From positions 33,975 through 97,974 of the forward strand of contig JAZLAV010000018.1 in NCBI GenBank assembly GCA_045613315.1: DNA of 64,000 nt, given 5' to 3'. The notes beneath the pieces are model-generated. The model worked only from the letters and a program-made list of their open reading frames with translations. It did no database searches and was not told the origin of the DNA. The DNA comes from Candidatus Enterousia sp. (GTDB taxonomy: Bacteria; Pseudomonadota; Alphaproteobacteria; Rs-D84). The position numbers were made by a program, and so were the translations under genes. Positions 17,595 through 26,168 of the stretch are shown here, one piece after another (position 1 is the stretch's first letter; the number at the start of each line of letters is the position of its first letter).

Positions 17595-20500
17595 ATGACA
17601 AATATGTTGCAGAAGATATTTGGACAAATTGAAACCAAGGAACAGTTTGATGCATTGCGTATCACAATTGCATCACCCGAAGAAATTCTGTCGTGGTCAC
17701 ATGGCGAAGTAAAAAAACCGGAAACGATAAACTATCATTCTTTGAAACCAGAATCCGAAGGACTGTTCTGCCAGCAAATTTTTGGACCGGTCAAAGATTA
17801 TGAATGTGCGTGCGGTAAATATAAAAGAATCAAGTTCCGCGGTGTTGTCTGCGAACGTTGCGGGGTCGAAGTTGGGCCATCATCCGTTCGTCGTGAACGC
17901 ATGGGGCATATCAAATTGGCTATGCCGGTGGCGCACACGTGGTTTTTACGCGAAGGTAAAATCGCGACATTGTTAAACAATCTGCCCCAGAAAAAATTGG
18001 AACAGGTTATTTCATACGATGCATATATTGTTATCGAACCGGGGTTAACAAACCTTAAACAATACGATGTTATAAGCGAAGATGAATACCAGGCCGCCGT
18101 TGAAGAATTTGGCGTTGACGCGTTCCAGGTTGGTATCGGTGCCGAAGGGGTTCGTTCCATTATCGCGGGTTTGGATATGGGCGATGAACGCACACGTTTG
18201 CGTGCGGAATTGGCGGAAACAAAATCCGAAGCAAAACGTAAATCTATTGTTAAACAATTAAAGTTGGTCGAGGCATTTTTGGATTCTAAAACAGATCCTG
18301 CGTGGATGTTGCCGGATATTATCCCGGTTATTCCACCAGATATGCGCCCGTTGGTCACATTGGACGCGGGGCATGTTGCGGCATCCGACCTGAACGATTT
18401 GTATCGTCGTGTTATTATTCGTAATAACCGATTAAAGCGGTTCAAGGAAATGAATGCACCTGAAATCATTATCCGTAACGAAAAACGTATGTTACAGGAA
18501 GCGGTTGATTCACTGTTTGATAACGGGCACAAGGCTCGTCCAATGGTTTCACAAAACCGCCGTCCGTTGAAATCGTTGTCTGATTCATTACGCGGTAAAT
18601 CGGGTCGTTTCCGTATGAATATGTTGGGTAAACGTGTGGACTATTCCGGTCGTTCGGTTATTGTGTCGGGGCCATCATTAAAGTTGCACCAGGTTGGTTT
18701 GCCCAAGGCAATGGCATTGGAATTATTCAAACCGTTCGTGTTTGCGCGACTTTTGGCGGGCGATTATGCAAATACATTAAAAACCGCACGCAAAATGGTT
18801 GAAAACGGTGAAGATATTGTATGGGAAATTTTGGAAAAGGTTATTTATCAACATCCTGTATTGTTGAACCGTGCACCAACATTACACAGATTGTCGTTGT
18901 TGGCATTTGAACCGGTTTTGATTGAGGGCAAGGCCATTCGTCTGCACCCATTGGTGTGTAAAGGCTTTAACGCAGACTTTGACGGTGACCAGATGTCTGT
19001 GCACGTTCCAATTTCATTGGAAGCGCAATTGGAAGCACGCACGTTGATGCTATCGTCGAATAACGTTCTGTCGCCGGCAAACGGCGAACCAATGATTGTG
19101 CCATCACAAGACATGGTTTTGGGTGTGTATTACATTTCGTTGATGAACGGAACGGTTGATGAAAAATCGCCGCGTTTCGCCAATATGGACGAAGTTAAAA
19201 TGGCATTGGAAAACCGGTCCATTACACTGCACACACCAATCGTTGCGCGTATTAATGGCAAACGTTACGAAACAACGGCCGGTCGTATGATTTTGGGCGA
19301 ATTGTTGCCAAAGTCCGATAAAATGCCGTTCGATTTGGTGAACAAGGTTATGCCATCGGGCGAAATCAAGAAATTGTTGGCAACAACATATGAACGTTGT
19401 GGCGACAAGGCAATGATTATGTTGGCCGATGCGTTAAAGAACACCGGGTTCGAACAGGCGGCACGTTCTGGTATTTCCATTGGGTTTGACGATATTGTTA
19501 TTCCAAAAGAAAAGACAGAAATGATTGCGGCTGCAAATAAAGCGGCGGCTGAAATTGAAAAACAATACCAAAACGGTTTGTTGTCGGGTGGCGAACGTCA
19601 TAACAAGTTGATTGACTTGTGGCAGAAAACGACCGATGAATTGGGTGATAAAGCATACGAAGCGTTGGGTAAAACCGAAGGCGATAAATGGAACAGTATT
19701 TATATGATGGCTGTATCCAAGGCGCGTGGTTCCAAGGGCCAGATTCAGCAGGTCGCAGGTATGCGTGGTATGATGCAGAAACCAGACGGTTCCATTATTG
19801 AAGTTCCGATTATTTCAAACTTTAAAGAAGGTTTGACAATGGCGGAATACTTTACATCAACCCACGGTGCGCGTAAAGGTATGTCCGACACCGCATTGAA
19901 AACGGCCGAAGCCGGATACCTGACCCGTCGTTTGGTTGAATTGGCGCAAAATACCGTTATTACCGAACACGATTGCGGAACAACAGATTTCATTACTGCA
20001 AAACCAGTTTACCAGGGTTCTACACTGTCGGTGCCATTGGGGGATGTTGTTTTGGGTCGTACCGCGGCGCACGATATTGTGCATCCGATATCCAAGGAAA
20101 TTATTGTTCCGGCCGGCGAATTGATTACAAAATCGGCAGCGCGTATGATTAACGAATCCGGGTTGCCATCGGTTGATGTGCGTTCGGTTTTGACATGTCA
20201 CAGTGATGGTTTGTGCGCGAAATGTTATGGTATGGATTTGTCGCGTAATGCGCTGGTTCATGTTGGTGAAGCGGTCGGTGTTATTGCCGGTCAATCCATC
20301 GGTGAACCGGGGACCCAGTTGACGTTGCGTACGTTCCACATTGGTGGTATTGCATCCGGTGGTGCCGAAAGTCACTTTATTGAAATGCCGGTTGCGGGTA
20401 AACTGAAATTGATTGGCGTGAACACGATTACCAATTCAAATGGTCGCGTCGTGGTATTAAGCCGTAATGGTGAAATCGCGGTTGTTGATAACAAGGGCGA

Positions 20501-21704
20501 AGTTTTGTTCAGTTGCGCGTTGCCATATGCGTCGATGTTAATCAAAAACGATGGCGATACGGTTGACAAGGGTGAAAAAGTCGCAGAATGGGATCCATAT
20601 TCCAACACGATTATCGCTGAAAAAGATGGTGTTGCCCAGTTCAAAGATTTGATTGAAAACGTATCGTTCCAGGAAGAAGTTGATTCCATGACTGGTATCG
20701 TTTCGCGCAAGGTTATTAACTGGAAAACCAATACCAAGAAAGCATTAAGCCCGGCAATCACGTTGGTTGATGAAAAGGGTAATGTGATTTCGTTGGGTGG
20801 TAAAAAGATTGCCGAATATATGTTGCCAACATATTCTGTATTGAATGTGTCGAACGGTGACAAGGTCGCAGCAGGTGATGTTTTGGCGCGTATTCCGGTA
20901 CAAACCAAAAGAACCAGCGATATTACGGGCGGTCTGCCACGCGTTGAAGAATTATTGGAAGTTCGTCGTCCATCCAACCCGGCATTGTTGGCGGAAATCG
21001 ACGGGACAATTGATTTAGAAGATTCTAAATCTAAAATCATTATTCGTATTGAACCGGATGATGGTTCTGCCCCGGTTGAATACGCTGTGCCAAAGGGTAC
21101 AAATCTGTTGGTGCGCAGTGGTGACACCGTGCGCAAAGCCGACAAATTGGTCGATGGTGACCCGGTACCCCAGGATATTTTACGTATCTTGGGCCAGAAA
21201 GAATTGGCGCAATTTATGGTCGAACAGGTTCAACAGGTTTATCGTCTGCAGGGCGTGTCAATTAACGACAAACATATTGAAATTTTGATTCGTGAAATGA
21301 CCCGTCGTGTTGAAATTACAAATCCGGGCGATACAGGGTTCCTTATGGGCCAGGTTGTTGACTGTGTTGATTTCGAAGAAGAAAACGCACGTGTCGCACG
21401 TGATGGGGGCAAATTGGCCGAAGCATCCCAGGTCTTGGTTGGTTTGACCCGTGCATCGTTGACATCGCGTTCGTTTATTTCCAACGCGTCGTTCCAACAG
21501 ACAACAAAAGTGTTGGTGGATGCCGCAATTTCGGGTTCAACCGATAAATTGGTCGGTATTAACGAAAACCTTATTGTGGGTCGTTTGATTCCAATTGGCA
21601 CTGGGGCATATGTCCGTCGCGTTCGCGAAATTGCCAAAGAGGAAGAAAAAGCCGAAAAGTTGGCCCGCGAAGGTGGCGAACAACAACAATTGTTGGATAT
21701 TTAA
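17595..21704 (+). CDS. rpoC: DNA-directed RNA polymerase subunit beta'
   Basis: 1369 aa. Zn-binding CxxC...CxxC N-terminus and the NADFDGD active-site motif are present. Confidence 0.95.
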   Translation: MTNMLQKIFGQIETKEQFDALRITIASPEEILSWSHGEVKKPETINYHSLKPESEGLFCQQIFGPVKDYECACGKYKRIKFRGVVCERCGVEVGPSSVRRERMGHIKLAMPVAHTWFLREGKIATLLNNLPQKKLEQVISYDAYIVIEPGLTNLKQYDVISEDEYQAAVEEFGVDAFQVGIGAEGVRSIIAGLDMGDERTRLRAELAETKSEAKRKSIVKQLKLVEAFLDSKTDPAWMLPDIIPVIPPDMRPLVTLDAGHVAASDLNDLYRRVIIRNNRLKRFKEMNAPEIIIRNEKRMLQEAVDSLFDNGHKARPMVSQNRRPLKSLSDSLRGKSGRFRMNMLGKRVDYSGRSVIVSGPSLKLHQVGLPKAMALELFKPFVFARLLAGDYANTLKTARKMVENGEDIVWEILEKVIYQHPVLLNRAPTLHRLSLLAFEPVLIEGKAIRLHPLVCKGFNADFDGDQMSVHVPISLEAQLEARTLMLSSNNVLSPANGEPMIVPSQDMVLGVYYISLMNGTVDEKSPRFANMDEVKMALENRSITLHTPIVARINGKRYETTAGRMILGELLPKSDKMPFDLVNKVMPSGEIKKLLATTYERCGDKAMIMLADALKNTGFEQAARSGISIGFDDIVIPKEKTEMIAAANKAAAEIEKQYQNGLLSGGERHNKLIDLWQKTTDELGDKAYEALGKTEGDKWNSIYMMAVSKARGSKGQIQQVAGMRGMMQKPDGSIIEVPIISNFKEGLTMAEYFTSTHGARKGMSDTALKTAEAGYLTRRLVELAQNTVITEHDCGTTDFITAKPVYQGSTLSVPLGDVVLGRTAAHDIVHPISKEIIVPAGELITKSAARMINESGLPSVDVRSVLTCHSDGLCAKCYGMDLSRNALVHVGEAVGVIAGQSIGEPGTQLTLRTFHIGGIASGGAESHFIEMPVAGKLKLIGVNTITNSNGRVVVLSRNGEIAVVDNKGEVLFSCALPYASMLIKNDGDTVDKGEKVAEWDPYSNTIIAEKDGVAQFKDLIENVSFQEEVDSMTGIVSRKVINWKTNTKKALSPAITLVDEKGNVISLGGKKIAEYMLPTYSVLNVSNGDKVAAGDVLARIPVQTKRTSDITGGLPRVEELLEVRRPSNPALLAEIDGTIDLEDSKSKIIIRIEPDDGSAPVEYAVPKGTNLLVRSGDTVRKADKLVDGDPVPQDILRILGQKELAQFMVEQVQQVYRLQGVSINDKHIEILIREMTRRVEITNPGDTGFLMGQVVDCVDFEEENARVARDGGKLAEASQVLVGLTRASLTSRSFISNASFQQTTKVLVDAAISGSTDKLVGINENLIVGRLIPIGTGAYVRRVREIAKEEEKAEKLAREGGEQQQLLDI

Positions 21705-21785
21705 TGGGTTGCAGGTTGTAAGTCGTAGGTTATTGGTATATCCACATACCTACAACCAGCAACCAACAACCTACAACAAACAACC
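21705..21785 (+). repeat. imperfect long inverted repeat plus CA-rich tract after rpoC
   Basis: ggttgcaggttgtaagtcgtaggt...acctacaaccagcaacc can pair, and is followed by caaccaacaacctacaacaaacaacc. It shares the 11-mer ggttgcaggtt with 50006-50016. Confidence 0.45.
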
Positions 21786-22184
21786 ATGAAAGAAATACCT
21801 GCGATTTTTTGTGATATTGATGGTGTGGTTGCGCATAAATGGGCAATCGCAGATTATGACCGTTTTGGCGAACCTAATATGAATATGGTTCGTGTTTTGG
21901 AAACACTGGGTCGTGATTTTACAATCATTTTTATCACGGGACGTTGGGCGATGGGACAACATAATGTAGAAGCGTTTATAGACGGTCTTTTGCCGAACAT
22001 AAAAAAACGTGTGTTTTGTAAACCCCATGATTACCCGGGTACCAGCGCAGAATTTAAATTAGAAACAGTAAAAGAATTGGAAAAGGACGGATACAAATTT
22101 TATATGGGATTTGACGATTTTACCCCGGTTGTTGGTTTGTTGCACAACCACGGTATGTTTGTTGCCCAGGTTGTATCGAATTAA
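21786..22184 (+). CDS. HAD-superfamily (subfamily IIIA-like) phosphatase, 132 aa
   Basis: Motif I FCDIDGVV (hhhDxDGV) and a later ...CKPHDYPG... resembling the KP(H) motif of GmhB/PNK-type HAD-IIIA phosphatases. Confidence 0.5.
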   Translation: MKEIPAIFCDIDGVVAHKWAIADYDRFGEPNMNMVRVLETLGRDFTIIFITGRWAMGQHNVEAFIDGLLPNIKKRVFCKPHDYPGTSAEFKLETVKELEKDGYKFYMGFDDFTPVVGLLHNHGMFVAQVVSN

Positions 22185-22247
22185 ACTTTTCCTTGCAAAA
22201 CAAGAATATTCTTATAAAATATCAATCGTTAAACAAAGGATAGAAAA

Positions 22248-22397
22248 ATGGCAACGCCAAAAAGTAAAACAAGTAAAGCCCGCAGCGCACAACGTCGCAG
22301 CCACGATGCATTATCCGTAATGCCATGTGGTGTTTGCAAAAAATGTGGTGAAAAGAAACGTCCACATCATATTTGCCCTGCATGCGGTGCGAAATAA
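22248..22397 (+). CDS. rpmF: 50S ribosomal protein L32
   Basis: Not in the ORF track (49 aa). MATPKSKTSKARSAQRRSHDALSVMPCGVCKKCGEKKRPHHICPACGAK carries the L32 N-terminus and a CxxC...CxxC zinc ribbon. RBS AAAGGA lies upstream, and the canonical rpmF-plsX pairing is present. Confidence 0.85.
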   Translation: MATPKSKTSKARSAQRRSHDALSVMPCGVCKKCGEKKRPHHICPACGAK

Positions 22398-22468
22398 AAA
22401 TCAAACGTATTTAACGGCAGAATGGGCGCAGGTGTGTGCCGTTCTGCCATTTTTTCATTGATACAATT

Positions 22469-23533
22469 ATGCAAGAAAAAAAGATAATAGCAATTGACGC
22501 AATGAGTGGTGACAAAGGCCCCCGTGCGGTTTTTGGTGGAATGAACCAATACCTGTATCAAAACGGCGAAGAACACATTTTCTTTCGTGTGTTTGGTGAC
22601 GAACGTGTGTTGCGTAAATTGTTGTCTAAATATCCGCGCGTGGCACGCAATTGCGAAATAATTCATGCGCCAAACATTATTCGCGGAACCGACAAAATTC
22701 GCGATGTCCTGCGTCATGCCCAGGACACGTCCATGTATATGGCAATCCGGGATGTTCGCGAAGGTAAAAGCGCGGCAATTATTAGTGCCGGTAATACGGG
22801 CGTGTTAATGTCTTTGTCAAAATTGGCATTAAAAACAATCGAGGGTATTTCGCGTCCGGCAATTACAACAATGTTGCCAAGTGGTGCGGGTGACGATCGT
22901 GTTGTTATGTTGGATTTGGGCGCAAATGTCCAGTGTACGGCGGAAAATCTGTTTGATTTCGCTATTTTGGGCAGTGTGTATGCCGAACAAATTGGCAAAA
23001 TGCCAAAGCCAAAGTTGGGTGTCCTTAATATCGGCGAAGAAGAAACCAAGGGCAACGAAACATTACAACGAATTAACCACGTTTTGATGGAACACAAGGA
23101 TGTGTTGCCGTATGAATACCTGGGGTTTGTTGAACCAAATGATATTTCCGCCGGTGTTGTCCAGGTTGTCGTGACCGATGGTTTTACGGGTAATGTTGTG
23201 TTAAAAACCGTTGAAGGAACGGCAAAGTTAATCAAACGTGTTATTGTTGAAAACTTTAAGAAGTCTGTGCTGGCGATTTTAGGTGCGTTTTTCCTGGTTC
23301 ATGTTTTCAAACGGTTAAAACATAAAATCGATCCGCGGTCCTATGCTGGTGCAACATTTTTGGGGTTAAATGGTTTTTCGTTCAAAACACACGGCAACAG
23401 TGATGCATTGGCGTTCGCAAATGCAATTAAATACGCGGCCGATTTGACACATGCAAATCTTAACGGGTTGATTGCGGCACGTGCGTCCGCGGTTGCGCCT
23501 GTGCGGGCGTTATTACAGGAAACCGTTGAATAA
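22469..23533 (+). CDS. plsX: phosphate acyltransferase PlsX
   Basis: MQEKKIIAIDAMSGDKGPRAVFGGMNQ... is a typical PlsX N-terminus, with the C-terminal FKTHGNSD region. The ORF-track start at 22436 is probably an upstream extension. Confidence 0.85.
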   Translation: MQEKKIIAIDAMSGDKGPRAVFGGMNQYLYQNGEEHIFFRVFGDERVLRKLLSKYPRVARNCEIIHAPNIIRGTDKIRDVLRHAQDTSMYMAIRDVREGKSAAIISAGNTGVLMSLSKLALKTIEGISRPAITTMLPSGAGDDRVVMLDLGANVQCTAENLFDFAILGSVYAEQIGKMPKPKLGVLNIGEEETKGNETLQRINHVLMEHKDVLPYEYLGFVEPNDISAGVVQVVVTDGFTGNVVLKTVEGTAKLIKRVIVENFKKSVLAILGAFFLVHVFKRLKHKIDPRSYAGATFLGLNGFSFKTHGNSDALAFANAIKYAADLTHANLNGLIAARASAVAPVRALLQETVE

Positions 23534-23552
23534 TCATCTGTAAAAAACGAAA

Positions 23553-23585
23553 TAAAAATACCGGCAAATGCCGGTGTTTTTTTAG
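23553..23585. terminator. bidirectional terminator between plsX and ihfA
   Basis: aaaaataccggcaaatgccggtgttttttt: a perfect stem with A-run and T-run on either side, serving convergent genes. Confidence 0.7.
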
Positions 23586-23872
23586 TTCCCGTTTGCAACC
23601 CGTTTACGGAATTCGGTGCTGGGGCGAAATGTCGCGACGCGTCGCGCAGAAATCACCGCCGGTGCGCCCGTCTTTGGGTTGCGGCCCATACGCGCAGATT
23701 TCGTTAATATCTTGAATGTTCCAAATCCAGCAAATTTGACGTCTTCGCCGTTAATAAGTGCTTCGCGGATTTCATCAAAAACCACATCGACCAATTTGGC
23801 GGCGTCCGCCGTGGTAAGTCCAAAGCGTTCCCGCAATCTGTTTGCAAAATCAATTCTTGTAATTGTTGCCAT
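23582..23872 (-). CDS. ihfA: integration host factor subunit alpha (HU/IHF family)
   Basis: MATITRIDFANRL...FGTFKILTKSARMGRNPKTGAPAVISARRVATFRP... matches the IHF-alpha arm (E. coli ...[25 protein letters not shown]). The upstream in-frame extension in the ORF track was rejected. Confidence 0.75.
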   Translation of the reverse strand: MATITRIDFANRLRERFGLTTADAAKLVDVVFDEIREALINGEDVKFAGFGTFKILTKSARMGRNPKTGAPAVISARRVATFRPSTEFRKRVANGN

Positions 23873-23967
23873 TTTTTCCGTCCTTTTAAAAATATTTTGT
23901 GCCGTTATTATAACCCGCACGATTATAACTTGCAATATTAAAATCGGCGAATAAAATATAAAGGCCT

Positions 23968-24043
23968 GTCCCCATAGTTCAACTGGATAGAACAGGGGTT
24001 TCCTAAACCCCTGATGTGGGTTCGATTCCCGCTGGGGATACCA
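23968..24043 (+). tRNA. tRNA-Arg (anticodon CCU)
   Basis: Acceptor GTCCCCA/TGGGGAT (one G-U pair), anticodon stem GGGGT/ACCCC with loop TTCCTAA, T-loop TTCGATT, encoded CCA. Confidence 0.65.
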
Positions 24044-24067
24044 TCATAGAAATACAAGGGAAAACCT

Positions 24068-24400
24068 ATGACGTCAAAGAAAGCTGTTCGTATTGGAATT
24101 ATTGCATCATTATTGCCACATTTGTTTTGTTGTGTGTTGCCGATTGTGTTGTCGGTGGTGGGGCTTTTTGCACCGGAATTTGCACACGCACATATTATGC
24201 CTGCATGGGTGGAACCGTGGCTGTTTGTGTTTTCGGCCGGTATGTTGGGATTGTCGTGGGTAATGGTGGTGCGTGAATGTGCGTGTGAGTGCGATCATTG
24301 TCACGGCGAACACAGTCATAATGTTTCCAAAATTATTTTGACGTGTGTCACGTTATTATTTATCGCCAGTGTTATCTTGCATGTGATTGCACATCATTAA
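24068..24400 (+). CDS. MerT-like small membrane protein with CC motif and Cys/His-rich loop (putative metal-ion transporter)
   Basis: 110 aa with three predicted TMs. The first TM carries LFCCVLPIVL (compare the MerT CC pair in TM1), and the loop ECACECDHCHGEHSH is Cys/His-rich. There are no merR/merA/merP neighbours. Confidence 0.4.
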   Translation: MTSKKAVRIGIIASLLPHLFCCVLPIVLSVVGLFAPEFAHAHIMPAWVEPWLFVFSAGMLGLSWVMVVRECACECDHCHGEHSHNVSKIILTCVTLLFIASVILHVIAHH

Positions 24401-26049
24401 ACAAATTTTTCGGGCATTAATTTACAAATGTTTTTCCATATCCGACGGAACAGCGATGTGTCGGGGCTGTGCGAGTACGTGTGTGGTTTTGTGTCAAATT
24501 GACGCATGCCCGTCCATTGAACATTACCGTTTGGCGACAAAGATAAACGCCATGATGTTTTGGTGTCTTCCATAATCATATCGCGTAATTTACGTGCGAA
24601 ATCGGCGCTTTCAAAAATGGCAACGTTTTCGGTGTTAAAATACGCGCTGCGTGGGTCCAGATTAAAACTGCCAATCCACGAAATGCGGTCGTCAAAAACA
24701 ATAGATTTACTGTGCAGGACCGAAAACACGGGTGCCACGCGTGCACGACCGTATTTTTTTGCCCGCAAATTTTCCGCAGACAGCATAAATTCATAAACAT
24801 CTGCACCCGATTCCAACAATTTTTTACGATATTTTTCCCATTTTGCATAAACCGATGCCGCGTTCGTAGATGATAACGAATTTGTGACAATTGTGACATG
24901 GGCACCGGATTGTTCTTCGTTTAACATATATTCCAATCCGCGCGCGCCCGGAACGAAATATGCCGCCGAAACAAATACCGATTCGCGAGTTTGTGCCAAA
25001 AGATCCTGTAATTTTTTTATAATTTCGCCACGATATTCTTCTTTTTCGCGCATTGACATTTCCACCTTGGACGGTGGGTCGGCCAAAAATGTGCCCCGGC
25101 CCCAACTGAAATCGATAGTTTTTTGTTTGAATGCCCGTTGGGTTATTAAAATTGCGGTGTTATAAAGGCGGGCTTCTTCGACGCTTTTGTTTTCGATTTC
25201 GGCGAATTTTTGTTCCAGTTTCTTGATTGCGTGTTTTGATTTCGCCTTGGGGAAAACCGATGCAGGAATCGACAATTTGTGATTCCAGTATTCGTCAAAC
25301 GATTTCGTTGCGGATTTGGTCATGGGGCCAATAAATAAAACATCGGTGTCTGAAAAGTTCGCGGATGTTTCCGGCATAAAATAGTTGCTGCCTATGTTCC
25401 GGCCCCCGGTAATGTACGCAATATTGTCAACAATGAACAGTTTGTTGTGCATACGGGAATTCAGACGATTAAAATCCATAAACAATTGTGGCATAAACAG
25501 CAATTTTGAACGACGCCGGACGGTGTTAAACACCTTGACCTCTATATTCGGGTGTTGGTTTAACAACATAACGTCCGCCACATCCGATTTTGTGCCATAA
25601 TCGTCCAGCAAAATACGCACCTTGACCCCGCGGTCCGCAGCGTTTTTTAGTTCGCCAATAAGAACCTTGGATGTTAAATCGTTGCTGTAAATATATGTTT
25701 GCAGGTCAATTGTTTTTGTTGCCATACGGGCAAACGCCGCCCGCGCTACAAATGCGGATGTCCCGTCGTCAATAAGTGTTGCGCCACTGACGTTTTCGCC
25801 CTGCGCCAGTTCGGCTGCATAGCATTGTGCAATCGGGGTTGTCATTGGGTCATAGTCAAAATCAGCGGGTGTGATTTTTGGTGCGTACCCATTAAGTCGA
25901 TTGTCGTTAACGGTTGTTGGAACGGTTGCGCACCCGACCAGTGGTAACGCCAGCAAACACCAACAAAGTTTCGATGACAACAACAAATAGTCTCCTTTTT
26001 TGCGCGTTGGATTATAAACGTCTTTTATAAATAATACAAGATTTTTCAT
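24397..26049 (-). CDS. phospholipase D / cardiolipin-synthase family lipoprotein (two HKD motifs)
   Basis: Two HKD motifs: MHNKLFIVDNIAYITGGRNIGSNYF and HSKSIVFDDRISWIGSFNLDPRS. There is a lipobox LALPLVGC. A likely alternative start is TTG at about 25986, 5 nt after an AAGGAG RBS, which would put the lipoprotein signal peptide at the N-terminus. Confidence 0.75.
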   Translation of the reverse strand: MKNLVLFIKDVYNPTRKKGDYLLLSSKLCWCLLALPLVGCATVPTTVNDNRLNGYAPKITPADFDYDPMTTPIAQCYAAELAQGENVSGATLIDDGTSAFVARAAFARMATKTIDLQTYIYSNDLTSKVLIGELKNAADRGVKVRILLDDYGTKSDVADVMLLNQHPNIEVKVFNTVRRRSKLLFMPQLFMDFNRLNSRMHNKLFIVDNIAYITGGRNIGSNYFMPETSANFSDTDVLFIGPMTKSATKSFDEYWNHKLSIPASVFPKAKSKHAIKKLEQKFAEIENKSVEEARLYNTAILITQRAFKQKTIDFSWGRGTFLADPPSKVEMSMREKEEYRGEIIKKLQDLLAQTRESVFVSAAYFVPGARGLEYMLNEEQSGAHVTIVTNSLSSTNAASVYAKWEKYRKKLLESGADVYEFMLSAENLRAKKYGRARVAPVFSVLHSKSIVFDDRISWIGSFNLDPRSAYFNTENVAIFESADFARKLRDMIMEDTKTSWRLSLSPNGNVQWTGMRQFDTKPHTYSHSPDTSLFRRIWKNICKLMPEKFV

Positions 26050-26168
26050 TAACTGTTTTAACGAATTATGAAAACTTTCACAGTTTGTGTAAAATAAAAA
26101 TGTTTTTTTGCTTGTTTATGGGGTGTATGTATGATAAAATGATACGTAATAGAAGGGAAGGATTTACA

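Noticed and set aside
17798-18532. 244-aa minus-strand ORF inside rpoC (and the similar 257-aa ORF at 20372-21145)
   Set aside because: Antisense to a highly conserved gene, with Ser/Thr/Asn-rich translation typical of the reverse frame of an AT-rich coding strand.
22714-23235. 173-aa minus-strand ORF
   Set aside because: Antisense to plsX.
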